A stretch of 64,000 bases of DNA from Bacteroidota bacterium (GTDB lineage Bacteria; Bacteroidota; Bacteroidia; Chitinophagales; Chitinophagaceae). Under the pieces are notes generated by a model that was given only the letters and a program-made list of their open reading frames with translations, ran no database searches and was not told the DNA's origin. Within the stretch, counting starts at the first letter, position 1. The number at the start of each line of letters is the position of its first letter. The DNA is taken from the NCBI GenBank assembly GCA_037200265.1, contig JBBCIL010000016.1, positions 24,243 through 88,242 on the forward strand, in the 5' to 3' direction. The position numbers and the translations under genes were made by a program. Positions 10,915-22,941 of this stretch are shown here, in pieces.

Positions 10915-12235
10915 GATGAAAGACCCTTCATTGATACTGTATACACCCGCTTACAATACATCATTGATTTCACAGGTAAAGAATTAAAGGTTGATTCTTT
11001 GATCATCACTTCTTCTGCAGAAGAATTTCAGCGTTATAACGGACTACGTATAAATTACAGCGACAACCGGGTAACCGCTAATGAAATATGGATAAAGCCC
11101 CATGCTTTATTGTTTGAAAAAGGCATCCGGCAACAAACTATTGACTGTTTTGATGTAAATGGAAATAAAGCTTTTTTTAAAACCGAAGGGGACATATCCT
11201 TTGACATATTTGCAGCCTCCTTTTATTTACTAAGCCGCTACGAGGAATACCTGCCCCATACAAAAGATATGTATGGCCGCTATGCTTTTGAAAATTCACT
11301 GGCATATAAAGAAAATTTTCTATCCCTGCCATTAATTAATTTATGGCTAAAAGAATTGAATGATATAATACAAAAAAGATTCCCCGATCCCCACTCGCCA
11401 CTCACCACTCCCAACTCAGCGCTCACCTTCCTCCCTACTTACGATATAGACATCGCCTGGTCATATAAGCATAAAGGATGGTGGAGAAATGCCGGAGGAT
11501 TATTGCGGTCATTCATTAGCGGTCAATGGTCGTTGGCAAAAGAAAGGGTAAACGTATTAAGAGGAAAGGAAAGAGATCCTTTTGATGCTTTTGGCTGGAT
11601 GAACAAAATCCATGAACAGTATAAACTAAAGCCTTATTATTTCTTCCTAGTGCCGAAAAGAGAGGCCGGTATGATAAAAATATTTCACCTTCCTGTAAGG
11701 CTATGCAGGAGCTGATACGGGATCATGTTATCCGGTATCCCACAGGTATTCATCCGTCATGGAAAAGCGGTGATGATATTATATTTCTTAAAAAAGAAAT
11801 TGCAACACTTTCAAAGCTGAATGGCAGCCCGGTAGTTTCATCGCGCCAGCATTATATCCGGTTCAATTTGCCGGAGGGTTACCAGCGACTTATTGATAAT
11901 GATATCAGGTTTGATTTTTCGATGGGGTATGGGAGTATCAATGGTTTCAGGGCCTCGGCAGCTTCGCCTTTTTACTGGTATGGACCTGGAAAAAGAAGAG
12001 CAGACCGCGTTGATGCTATTTCCTTTCTGCTATATGGAAGCCAATTCTTTTTATGAACAAAAGTTTACTCCGCAACAGGCGCTGGAGGAAATGCGTCATT
12101 ATTATACTGCTGTAAAATCGGTGAATGGGTATTTTATTATGATCTGGCATAATTCATTCCTGGGGACTGATAGATTGTATACAAGGATGGAGAGATGTGT
12201 ATGAGCAGTTCGTTAAAGAGGTTAGTTCGGCTTAA
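10915..12235 (+). pseudogene. Polysaccharide-deacetylase-like family protein, frameshifted
   Basis: Pieces run from MKDPSLILYTP / RLQYIIDFTGKE through LPTYDIDIAWSYKHKGWW, IHPSWKSGDD, SSRQHYIRFNLPEGY and MIWHNSFLG. Confidence 0.55.
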
Positions 12236-12355
12236 AATGCGAACAGGAAACACACAGGCACATAGAAACATAGGGTTTCACATAGGATTTTATAAGGAAT
12301 CGGGGTAAAAAACTGAATACGAATCATAGCATTGCTATCGCTTGCTACTAAAAAA

Positions 12356-13374
12356 CTACACTCCTTCTGCCTCCGGCTGTTCCTTTGGAGGCAGCGCCCT
12401 GAAAGCTTTGTTGACAAGATAGACACCCAGTAGCGTAACCAAATCCACCCACTGCGATGTACGTAGTGAGTTTTTCGGAAAATATCGCGGCACCTAATAG
12501 AACTGCAACAATAGGATTAATATACGCGTAGACCGACACCTGCTCGGTCGGCAGATTCCTTAGTGCATATATATAAGCGATGAAAGAAATAAGAGAACCG
12601 AAAATAACCAGGTAGCCCATAGCCGTCCATGATTGCCAGGGTATGGCTGTAAACGGAATGCCGATACCGGTACTTTGTGTAAAGATGATCAGCGCAAGCG
12701 CTGATATCACCATTTGTAACCCGAGACTGAAATATGGGTTAAAAACCCGCTGCATTCTTCTTGGTATACAATGTACCGAATGCCCACGACCATGGTAGCG
12801 ATCACCGATAATACTATGCCCAGCAGAAAATCAGGTTGTAAAAAATCGTACAGGTGTTCATAGAAAAATAATACATACCCCGGCGAAACCCAATATCATC
12901 CCCGATGATCGCCTTCTGCGGCATCCTGCTTCCATTAGTGAATAAACCGATAATGACGATCCACAATGGGAAGATAGCTCCTATAATAGCCCCAAGTCCC
13001 GCCGAGATATACTTTACTCCCCAGGTACTTAATCCATTACTTAATAAAAAATTCAGAAAGCTTAATATGATTACCGGTCTCCATTCCTTCCAGCCTTTGG
13101 GCCACTGCTCGCCTTTGTATAAAAAGAAAATGATAAAGCATAGACCACCGAGCAACTGCCGCATTCCCGCCATTTGTAAGGCAGGCATATGGCGTACCCC
13201 TTCTTTAGCGGCGATCCATGTAGTGCCCCAGAAAAAACAAACCAACGCCAGCGAAAAGATCGCTTTTGATCTTGTTCCTTTTTTGTGGATGGTGAGCGGG
13301 TTGAATACAGAAATCCTTCTCAGTGATTTTTCTGAAGCATCTATAATGAATTTCTGAAAGTCGGGAAAGTTCAT
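12356..13374 (-). pseudogene. EamA/DMT family transporter, frameshifted
   Basis: ORFs 12814..13374 and 12348..12755 contain about ten hydrophobic helices (FFWGTTWIAAKEG, GYLVIFGSLISFIAY). Confidence 0.7.
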
Positions 13375-13424
13375 TGAAGGGTTAATGCTTGAAATGCCTT
13401 AGTCCTGTTATCACCATTGCCAGG

Positions 13425-14926
13425 TTATTTTTGTTTACAATATTCTATAGAATCATTATCACGGATAGAGCCTCCCGGCTGAATGAAAGCGGCAATGCCT
13501 GCTTCATGCCCCAATTTCACACAATCATTGAAAGGGAAGAAAGCATCGCTTGCCATCACAGCGCCTTTGAGATCAAAATTAAATTGCTTCGCTTTTTCAA
13601 CAGATTGTCTCAGCGAGTCAATGCGGCTGGTTTGACCACAACCTTTTCCAACCAGTTGTTTATTCTTTACCAGCGCAATGGCGTTTGACTTTAAATGCTT
13701 GCAGACAAGGTTAGCAAATATAAGGTCATCTTTTTCTACGGTTGTAGTTTCTCTTCCTCCTGTTTCTTTCCATTCTGCATAATTTCCTTCATCCACTCCC
13801 TGCATTAAAACTCCGTTCAGTACAGATTTGTACATGTTTTTATTCCCGGGTTGCGCCTTTAATTGCAGGAGTATCCTGTTTTTCTTTGACCTGAGTATCG
13901 TTAAGGCGTCTTCATCAAAAGCAGGCGCTATCAATACTTCAAAGAATATTTCATTGATAGCATTGGCCGTTGTTTTGTCAATGGTTCCGTTACAAACCAA
14001 TACACCGCCAAAAGCACTTTCAGTATCACCGGCCAAAGCAGCATCCCAGCTTTCTTTGACTGAAGGGCGCTGCGCTATTCCGCAGACATTGGTGTGTTTG
14101 ATGATGGCGAAAGTTGCCCCCTCCAAATCTCCCCCGGTGGGAGAGACTTTCGGAAACTCCGATATCAGTTGGACCGCGGCATCTACATCCACAAGATTAT
14201 TGTAGGAAAGTTCTTTGCCATTTAATTGTGTAAACAGTTTATCAAGATCGCCGTAGAAAACACCTGATTGATGCGGGTTCTCACCATACCGCATTGATTT
14301 GGGATTAGTGACAGACTCAAGAAAATATAATGCTTCTGAAGGGTTAAAATATTTGGCAATGGCCACATCGTAATGTGCTACTACTTCAAATGCTTTTGCA
14401 GCAAACGCTTTCCGCTGTTCAATAGTCGTTTCTCCTTTCTGTTCACGGAGCAAATTCTCCAGTGCCGCATACTCTTTCTTTGCCGCTACGACTACTACAT
14501 CCCTGAAATTCTTTGCAGCGCCGCGGATCATAGAGGGACCGCCGATATCAATTTTCTCAATGATCGTTTTTTTCATCGGTTGTGGAAGCCACTGTTTCCT
14601 CAAACGGGTAAAGATCAACGATCACCAGAGTCAATCTCAGGAATTTTATATTGTTTCATTTCCTGCAAGTGAGTTTCATCATCACGTTTTCCCAATATGC
14701 CGCCGAATACAGAAGGGTGTAAAGTTTTTACCCTTCCACCAAGTATAGAAGGGTAGCTGGTAAGGTCTTCTACCGGTATTACTTTTATTCCCAGCTTTTC
14801 GATGAACTGCTGCGTACCGCCGGTTGAATAAATGGTAATCCCGAGTTCAGATAAAAGCTGCACGATATTTTCGAGGCCTTCTTTATAAAAAACAGAGATA
14901 AGAGCTGATTGAATCTTTTTGGTCAT
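13425..14926 (-). pseudogene. purH: Bifunctional AICAR formyltransferase / IMP cyclohydrolase PurH, two single-base insertions near 14570-14630
   Basis: ORF 14615..14926 (MGS-like domain, GGTQQFI, GGRVKTLHP) plus ORF 13425..14618 (IDIGGPSMIRGAAKN ... IQPGGSIRD). The linker EIDLVIVDLYPFEETVASTTDE is readable in the third frame. Confidence 0.9.
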
Positions 14927-14967
14927 TGCGTTGAAATTGAATCAATATTGTTTTATAAAATATTTTT

Positions 14968-15045
14968 ATCCCACAAAGACACGGAGAACACAAAGTCAAT
15001 TAATGCAGGGTCTTTTCCTTAGTGACCTTTGTGACTTAGTGGGAT
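14968..15045. repeat. CACAAAG-family word hairpin, ORF-less (E1)
   Basis: atcccacaaagacacggagaacacaaag ... ccttagtgacctttgtgacttagtgggat, with terminal atcccac/gtgggat complementarity. The loop contains aatgcaggg. Confidence 0.65.
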
Positions 15046-15120
15046 TAATTTTCGCATGGCAACTTTATCTGCACGAAAGATTCAGTGCAGAAGCTTTGGC
15101 AGGCGAGGGGCAAAACTAAC

Positions 15121-17228
15121 TTAATTCAGGTTCATCACAAAAGCGCCTTTTTCACTTACATCATAGTAAGGAATATGCAATGAAACGCAGTCTTTTTTCC
15201 AATAAGGAAGCTTCCAAAAGGGAACCGAGCCGTCAAAAACAACCTGCTTAATAGTAAATGCAGCCGACAGCTTTGAAATATACAGTTTGGGATTCTTAGA
15301 AATGACCAGCAGGTCAAGATCTTTTTTAGTTTCGGATGCTGCGAAGAACATAGTTTCATCTACCCGTAATATTTTTTTGTTCTTATAACTGATATAATGA
15401 TCGTTGGTAACCATACCGGCTATTTCAGCAACCGGCTTCACCCGGTGAAATACTCTTGCTGGTTTCAAATGAAATTTGCGGGGCAGAAATCATCCACCTG
15501 CAGATCTGTATCTCCCACAAACAGGTAATTTCTTCCGGAAATGAAATCAATAGCCCGGTGCTGGGTCACGTTATATACAATTATCTTATGCTGGCTATTT
15601 GTATTGATAAATGCTAAAGAGCGCAACACAAAAAAACCAAGTCCACAAACCATAGCGGCCATCAATCCTTTCTTTACTTTCTCTACCAGCCAGAAACCCA
15701 GCCCCGCAATAATGCCCACGAGTAAGATTGCCTGAAAAATATTTATCTGCAGGCCGTTCACTAAAGCAAAAGGCAGCTTTTCTATTCTCTCTATATAACT
15801 ATTCATCAGCATGATCAGCCATGACAATATCCTGCCGGTAAGTAAGGCCAGTGAAGGAATAAATGAAATGGCACAAAGTAATATTTCCCCCCAATACAAT
15901 AATGCTTGATAAAGGGACGGCAATAAAATTCGTCAGGATGAAAGACGCGGGGAATTGGTGAAAGTGAAAAATGCTTACAGGTAATGTCAGTATTTGTGCG
16001 GCCAGTGTCACCGCATTCAGCTTCCAGAAAAAATCAAGTATCTTATTCTTTATATAAAACCAGTTATAGACCGGCTTCATAAAAATAATAATGCTCAGTA
16101 CGGCGGAGTACGAAAGCTGGAACCCCAACATCCCATAGCCAATAGGGGTTATAGCATAATAAAATAAAGGCAGAGAAAGCCAGCGTATTATAAATAGATG
16201 TTTTCCTGGCAAAATTTTGTCCCAGTACAATACAGGTAAACATCACTGCTGAACGAAGTACCGATGGCTGACCACCTGCCAGTAAACTAAAGGCCCATAA
16301 TCCACTAATGATCATCAGGGGGCTGCAGCCATCGTGCATATTTCAATTTTTGCAATGGCCGCAGCAACTGTACCAGTAACCAGTATATTAAGCCAATATG
16401 TAAACCGGAGATCGCAATGACATGCACCACCCCTGTGTTAGAATAAGATTGTACCAGTGTTTTGTCGAGGTCATTTTTATAGCCGATAAGAAGCGCTTCT
16501 GCTAAGCCCAATTCCTTTTCCCCTTTGATATTGGCCCGCAGCATGCTTAATACTTTTTCTGTAGTAGGATAAAAAAGCCGCTGAAAAAAATTTGTTCTCT
16601 TCCCTTTTATTATTTCAAACTCATCCGGCTTCAGGTAAACCTGGTGAGTAATTCCCTGGAATAAGGCATATCTTTTATAATCAAACCCTCCGGGATTGCC
16701 TGCGTTTTTAATTTCCTGCAACGATTTATGAAAGACAAGCTGCGTTCCGTAATCAAGTTCCGGCAGCAACGAATCTTTCTTAAAATACAGTATGATCTTG
16801 CCTTTGACCTGCTGCGCTTTTCCGTCGTTAAGAATATAATTGACGCTTCCCTCTGCTTTGAATGATTTTGCTTTTTCGACAGGCGGTTCATTCAGTGAAA
16901 CAATGATAGAAACATTCTCTTTATAAAAATTCCCGAACCATTGCGCATGGTGACGAATATCATTATAGCCCGTTAATAATGCACCGATGGCTATAAAAAG
17001 CAGGCTGATGCTGATACCATTCAGCCATCCCAGCCTGAACCGTTGAAAAAATGCTACCCAAAAAAAGATAAAAATGAAAGAAGCGGTGGCAGCCAGCAAT
17101 ATCCACCAAAAAAATAAAGGAACCTGGCAATACCATTGTACGATAATGCCTGTGGCAAACGGGGGAAATAATCGTATGAACGGGGTCTTTTTTCCAGAAA
17201 TAAACAACCGGGGAAGGCATGTACGCAA
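15121..17228 (-). pseudogene. comEC: ComEC/Rec2 family competence protein, at least 4 frameshifts
   Basis: ORFs 16305..17228, 16064..16339, 15799..16230, 15465..15923 and 15121..15468 are collinear. Motif GVVHVIAISGLHIGLI is present, with the polytopic competence domain. Confidence 0.8.
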
Positions 17229-17268
17229 ACAAGGTTATTTCCCCCGGATGACCGTCAGAAAAAAATAA

Positions 17269-17739
17269 CTATTCGAGCAGTTTTTTCATGTAGGCTATTT
17301 GGCCGGCATGGTATATATTATGCTGGATAAGGCCATTCAGTAAAAAACGGAAATTATACTTTCTGTAATCAACTTTTTCTTCCAGGAACTTCTCCTCTTT
17401 TTTCTCCAGCAACTGAATGATCCTTTTATGAATGGACCGGAGTTCTTTCAATCCTTTTTTCCAGGTATGGGTTTTGGGATTGATTTCCCGCCAGTCTAAT
17501 TCTTCAGACGCTGCCATATCGTATTCCTTATCCCCTTCTATTCTCCTTAATGTAAACTCCGCCCAGGTGATCATGTGGTAGAGTAAGTCAACCAGTGCAT
17601 GAGAATCCCTATTGGGTTTTGTATAAACGATCTTCGCATCTACTTCTTCCAGCAGATCGTATACCGGCCGGCCAAACCAGGGCTCACCACTCAATGTGTT
17701 TTCCAGGCTGCGGGTGATAGATTGCATTTCATTATTCAT
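17269..17739 (-). CDS. DinB family protein (intact)
   Basis: Starts MNNEMQSITRSLENTLSGEPWFGRPV and ends HNIYHAGQIAYMKKLLE. The internal Met of ORF 17269..17820 is taken as the start. Confidence 0.7.
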   Translation of the reverse strand: MNNEMQSITRSLENTLSGEPWFGRPVYDLLEEVDAKIVYTKPNRDSHALVDLLYHMITWAEFTLRRIEGDKEYDMAASEELDWREINPKTHTWKKGLKELRSIHKRIIQLLEKKEEKFLEEKVDYRKYNFRFLLNGLIQHNIYHAGQIAYMKKLLE

Positions 17740-17821
17740 GTATGCAAAATAAAAAAAGCTGTTCACTTTGAACAGCTTTCCTAAAAATCCTTTTAATCCT
17801 ATAAACCCAGGTTCAGACAAA

Positions 17822-20647
17822 TTACCTGCTCAAATACATACTCCTGTCCTTATACAATTGTCTGAAATAAGGATCACGCAGGTCTTTGATAAACCGTATC
17901 GCTTCACCGGTTGATTTCATTTCAGGGCCCAGTTCTTTACTCACCTCCCGGGAATTTATTAAAACTGAATACAGGCTCTTTGATCGCAAAGCCTTTCAGT
18001 TTCTTTTCAAACGTAAAGTCTTTCAGTTTCTTTTCACCCAGCATTACCTTGGTAGCAATATTGAGATAAGGTATCTGGTAAGCTTTGGCGATAAATGGCG
18101 TGGTGCGTGATGCTCTCGGGTTGGCTTCGATCACAAATACTTTACCGTCTTTAATAGCGAACTGTATATTGATAAGCCCTTTGATCTTTAATTCCCTTGC
18201 GATCTTCTCCGCATACTCTTCCATGGTATGAACTATCAGTGGCGACAAATTGAATTGGGGCAGAACGGCATTACTATCGCCACTATGAATACCCGCAGGC
18301 TCGATATGCTCCATTACACCCATTACATGAAAATCTTCACCGTCAAATATGGCATCTATCTCCGCTTCCTGGCAACGGTCGAGGAAATGATCAATCAATA
18401 TTTTATTACCGGGAATATGTTTCAGCAGGCTCACTACTGCTTTTTCCACTTCTTCATCATGATCACGATTCTCATACGCTGACCACCCAATACATAAGAA
18501 GGACGAACCAGTACAGGATAGCCTACTTTATTGGCGACGGATACAGCTTCATCCACATCATGAGCGGTGCCATATTCAGGATAAGGAATACCCAGTTGTT
18601 TCAGCCTGTCGCTAAAACGGCCGCGGTCTTCGGCGATATCCATGCTATCATAAGAAGTACCTATGATCTTAATGCCTTTGTTATGTAAGAATTCTGCCAG
18701 CTTCAATGCAGTCTGTCCACCAAGCTGAACAATCACCCCATCCGGTTTTTCATGCTCTACTATTTCCCAGAGATGCTCCCAGTACACCGGCTCGAAATAT
18801 AGTTTGTCGGCCATGTCAAAATCCGTAGATACCGGTTTCGGGGTTACAGTTCACCATGATCGCTTCAAAAGCCGCATTCTTTAATAGCCAGCAAACCATG
18901 CACACAGCAATAATCAAATTCAATGCCCTGCCCGATACGATTAGGACCAGAGCCTAATACGATTATCTTTTTCTTATTCGAAACCTTGCTCTCGTTATTA
19001 TGTCCTTCTTCAAATGTAGAATAGAAGTAAGGTGTCTTTGCTTCAAATTCGGCGCTGCAGGTATCTACCATTTTGTATACTCTCGTTATGCCCGCATTCT
19101 TTCTTTTCTTGTATACATCTTCTTCGTTACCATGCTGCGTGATAAGGCTTATCTGCTCATCGCTGAAACCATTTACTTTAGCTTCTCTCAGCAATTCTAT
19201 GGGCAACCTGTCAAGATTGTACTTCGCTATCTCTTTTTCGATATTGCAGATCTTTTGTATCTCATATAAGAACCAGCGGTCAATTCCATTGGTTGCTTTT
19301 GAAATAGTACCGACAGAAATGCCGGCCATCAATGCATCTTTGATACGGAAAATGCGATCCCATTTTGGTGTTTTAATATATTCCAGCAGGTCTTCCGCCT
19401 GCATCATGCTTTTGCCATAATAGCCAAGGCCTACAGCATTATTCTCCAAACTCTGACAGGCTTTTTGCACCGCTTCGGTAAAACTCCTTCCGATCGCCAT
19501 TACTTCTCCTACGCTTTTCATTTGCAGTCCAAGCGTATCATTGGCTCCTTTGAATTTATCAAAATTCCAGCGGGGGATTTTTACGATCACATAATCCAGT
19601 GCAGGTTCGAAAAACGCTGAAGTAGTTTTGGTGATCTGGTTCTCTAATTCATCCAGGTTATAACCGATCGCAAGTTTAGCGGCTATTTTCGCAATAGGAT
19701 ATCCCGTAGCTTTTGAAGCCAGTGCAGAGGAACGGCTTACCCTTGGATTGATCTCAATGGCGATGATTTCTTCCGTATCCGGGTTCAATGCGAACTGTAC
19801 GTTACAACCGCCGCAAAATTTCCCAGGTCACGCATCATCATGATAGCGGTGTTGCGCATCAGCTGCATGGCGGTATCACTCAGTGTCATCGCAGGCGCTA
19901 CCGTAATAGAATCGCCGGTATGCACACCCATCGGGTCAAAATTTTCCACACTGCAAATGATACATACATTGTCATTCGCATCACGCAAAAGTTCGAGCTC
20001 AAATTCTTTCCAGCCTAATACCGCTTTTTCCACCAGTACCTCATGTATGGGTGACGCTTCGAGTCCGCGGTTCAATGCTTCATCCAGTTCAGTTTTATCG
20101 TGTACAAATCCACCACCGGTACCACCCAATGTAAAAGAGGGGCGGATAACCAGGGGAAATCCTATGTCCTGCGCAAATTCTTTTCCTTCGAGGAATGAGT
20201 TAGCTGTTTTGGCAGTGGCAACAGGTACTCCCAATCGTATCATCCACTGGCGGAATTTTTCCCCTGTCCTCTGCTTTATCAATGGCTTTGATATCAACGC
20301 CGATCAGCCTCACGTTATATTTCTGCCAGGTACCAAGGTCTTCTGCTTCTTTGGCGAGGTTCAATGCTGTTTGTCCGCCCATTGTCGGGAGTACGGCATA
20401 CCTGGTTCTCTTCCAGTATCTGTTCAATACTTTCCACTGTAAGGGGTAAGAGATATACTTTATCCGCCATCATGGGGTCGGTCATGATAGTAGCCGGATT
20501 GCTGTTGATAAGAATGACCTTTACGCCTTCTTCACGCAAACTCCTGGCTGCCTGGGTACCTGAATAATCGAATTCGCAGGCCTGGCCGATAATAATAGGG
20601 CCGGAACCGATGATCAGCACGGAGGTAATGGAATTGTCTTTTGGCAT
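17822..20647 (-). pseudogene. carB: Carbamoyl-phosphate synthase large subunit CarB, full length but in at least 7 frames
   Basis: ORFs 20315..20647, 20200..20427, 19785..20297, 18865..19788, 18434..18814 and 17937..18449, plus a terminal piece EVSKELGPEMKSTGEAIRF. Both ATP-grasp halves are present ([19 protein letters not shown]; [21 protein letters not shown]). Confidence 0.92.
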
Positions 20648-20688
20648 CTTCTGTTTTAAATATGAGGTTGTTACAAAAGCAGGGTTTT

Positions 20689-20768
20689 GCCCACAAAGCC
20701 ACCGGGATCACAAAGCCTTGCAGTGTCAGAAAACATATTTCTCAGTGTTCTTTGTGCCTTAGTGGGAT
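20689..20768. repeat. CACAAAG-family word hairpin, ORF-less (E2)
   Basis: gcccacaaagccaccgggatcacaaag ... ctttgtgccttagtgggat. The loop begins ccttgcagtgtc. It lies in the divergent carB/tadA intergenic region. Confidence 0.65.
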
Positions 20769-20930
20769 ACCAGCTCTTATGGAAAAACAAATTGCGCAAA
20801 AGTAAGGGAATAGGGGGATTTTGGAGGAAAGAATATTGATTTTTTATTTCCTGCCGGCCACCCTGTAAATGCTGATATAACAGGTGTTTGCAGGCGAAAT
20901 TTTACGCAGCTTCCGTAATTTCGGCATACC

Positions 20931-21370
20931 ATGACGGACGAGTACTATATGATGCTGGCGTTGAAAGAAGCAAGGCGTGCTTTTGACGAAGACGAAGTGC
21001 CGGTCGGCGCCCTCGTAGTGCTGAATGAAAAGGTAATCGCCCGGGGTTATAATATGACTGAAAAACTGAACGACCCCACCGCTCATGCCGAAATGATAGC
21101 CCTTACATCCGCTTTTAATCATTTAGGCAGTAAGTATCTCACCGAAGCATCTCTGTATGTAACGGTAGAACCCTGTTTAATGTGTGCGGGTGGTTTGTAC
21201 TGGAGCAAGATCGGTAAAGTTGTATACGGGGCGGATGATGAAAAAAATGGTTATAAAAAAACAACGGGGAACCAAGCTGGCCCTTTCATCCAAAAACAGA
21301 ATTGATACGGGGTGTGCTGAAAGATGAATGCGCCATGCTGATGAAAGACTTTTTTCAAAGTAAAAGATGA
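20931..21370 (+). pseudogene. tadA: tRNA adenosine(34) deaminase TadA, one frameshift near 21280
   Basis: HAEMIAL and [16 protein letters not shown] deaminase motifs are present. The C-terminal [27 protein letters not shown] lies in a second frame. Confidence 0.85.
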
Positions 21371-21390
21371 TACAGGCAGTGATTTATTTT

Positions 21391-21441
21391 TCCCACAAAG
21401 AGCACAAAGCACTTACAAAATCGGTTAAATCTCTTTGTGGG
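21391..21441. repeat. CACAAAG-family word hairpin, short (E3)
   Basis: tcccacaaagagcacaaag - 22 nt - ctctttgtggga. Confidence 0.6.
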
Positions 21442-21471
21442 AAATATTTATTTAAACCGGTATAAAAAATA

Positions 21472-21499
21472 AGCCGCGTAACATTTCTGCTACACGGCT
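21472..21499 (-). terminator. Rho-independent terminator candidate downstream of susD
   Basis: Stem agccgcgta / tacacggct (one mismatch). On the minus strand it is followed by attttttat. Confidence 0.5.
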
Positions 21500-21521
21500 T
21501 TCCTAACTGCTGCTATGATTG

Positions 21522-22931
21522 CTATGGTTTGTCCCACCATACTCTTCCTGAAATATTATCGGTGCCGGCAAACTGTCTCTGCACAGCTTCCTGGTAATTG
21601 ATCGTGTTATTAAACTGCTCGTTGGCAGGATATGAATTCCTTCTTGGTATTGGGCGCGTTGCATCCCCAACAGGTGGCGTCAGTGCAGGATATCCTGTTC
21701 TTCTCCATTCTGCCCACCCTTCATAACCATGCATAAACAAATGCACCCAGCGTTGGGTAGCGATCTGTTCAAAAGCCGTAGCCGGCGCATAGGTTATCTC
21801 CGGGAAAGCCATCATGGCAGAAAGCCCGTTTATGTTATTGTTGTTCCATTGTCTTACTGATTGTTCGATCGCCAGGTCATAATTGGCTTTTGCTTCAACA
21901 TCTGCACCAGCTATCCATCCCAGTTTGGCGGCTTCGGCTTTGGCAAACAAGGCCTGGGCATACGTGACCAAATGTATCTGGGCATTCTGCGCCCATACTG
22001 TCGTATCGAATAAAGAAAAGTTGGTGGTATTAGGCATGCCGGTAACGGTTCCGAATGGCAAACCGTTATACAGACCCCCGGTTTTAGTCGGTGTTGCATA
22101 ACTGGGTAACCGGGGATCGTTGACCGGTTTCAGTTTATTCATGAGCAGTTCGCTGACAGCCCACCATTCGCGGCTTTTGCCTTTTACTTCACCGTACCAA
22201 TAGCTTTGGTTATTGGCATCGAGCAGGTGTTTGTACACAAGGTTATCTGCATTGGCTGTCATGATGCCCTGCGTGAGTGCTGTATTGAACTCTGCATTTC
22301 CTTTGGCCGCATTTACTTTGGATAAACGAAGCGCCATTAAAAGACGAATGGTATTCCCCAGTTTTTTCCATTTGACCATATCACCGTTGTAAATAATATC
22401 CCCGGAAATATTGCCCGTAACGATCATGGCATTGGCTTCCGAAAGCAATTTGAAAAGACTGTCATAGATCACTTCCTGTTTATCATACGCAGGTGTAAAA
22501 TTCTCTACTCCTTTCAGCGCTTCGGTATATGGTACATCTCCCCACCTGTCTGTAATATGCCAGAAAAAATAGGCTTTTAAGATCTTGGCGACAGCTATCT
22601 GGTTATTATAAGGACCATCGAGTGTATTCAATGAACTTGAATTGAGTACTTTTTGCAGGTTGATCAGCGGACCATAATACAATCCATAAAAACTCGTACC
22701 CCCTTCAGGATACAGAGAAGCTGTCGGGTATTGTGTTTCCGATAAATATTGCGCAGCAAATTCACCCGAAGGAGAACTGCTCAGTCCCGGTAAAAAAACC
22801 TCGGCATTAGCGATCAGTTGCATCCCGGAAGCAACGCTGGGATCGTTTGGGGATATATTGATATCCGAATCGAATTTGTTACATCCCATCGCCCCGATGC
22901 ATGCAAGTGCTATATAAAATATCTTTCTCAT
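21522..22931 (-). CDS. susD: SusD/RagB family nutrient-binding outer-membrane lipoprotein (intact, 469 aa)
   Basis: Lipobox ALACIGAMGCN. It sits immediately downstream of a SusC-type TonB-dependent receptor, with typical SusD length and composition. Confidence 0.85.
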   Translation of the reverse strand: MRKIFYIALACIGAMGCNKFDSDINISPNDPSVASGMQLIANAEVFLPGLSSSPSGEFAAQYLSETQYPTASLYPEGGTSFYGLYYGPLINLQKVLNSSSLNTLDGPYNNQIAVAKILKAYFFWHITDRWGDVPYTEALKGVENFTPAYDKQEVIYDSLFKLLSEANAMIVTGNISGDIIYNGDMVKWKKLGNTIRLLMALRLSKVNAAKGNAEFNTALTQGIMTANADNLVYKHLLDANNQSYWYGEVKGKSREWWAVSELLMNKLKPVNDPRLPSYATPTKTGGLYNGLPFGTVTGMPNTTNFSLFDTTVWAQNAQIHLVTYAQALFAKAEAAKLGWIAGADVEAKANYDLAIEQSVRQWNNNNINGLSAMMAFPEITYAPATAFEQIATQRWVHLFMHGYEGWAEWRRTGYPALTPPVGDATRPIPRRNSYPANEQFNNTINYQEAVQRQFAGTDNISGRVWWDKP

Positions 22932-22941
22932 ACTGTTTTTT

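Noticed and set aside
11396-11425. Word-like sequence ccactcgccactcaccactcccaactc inside the deacetylase-like ORF, with a similar string at 32266-32292.
   Set aside because: There is no inverted partner, it stays in frame, and it could be native linker sequence. It is too weak to call an inserted repeat.
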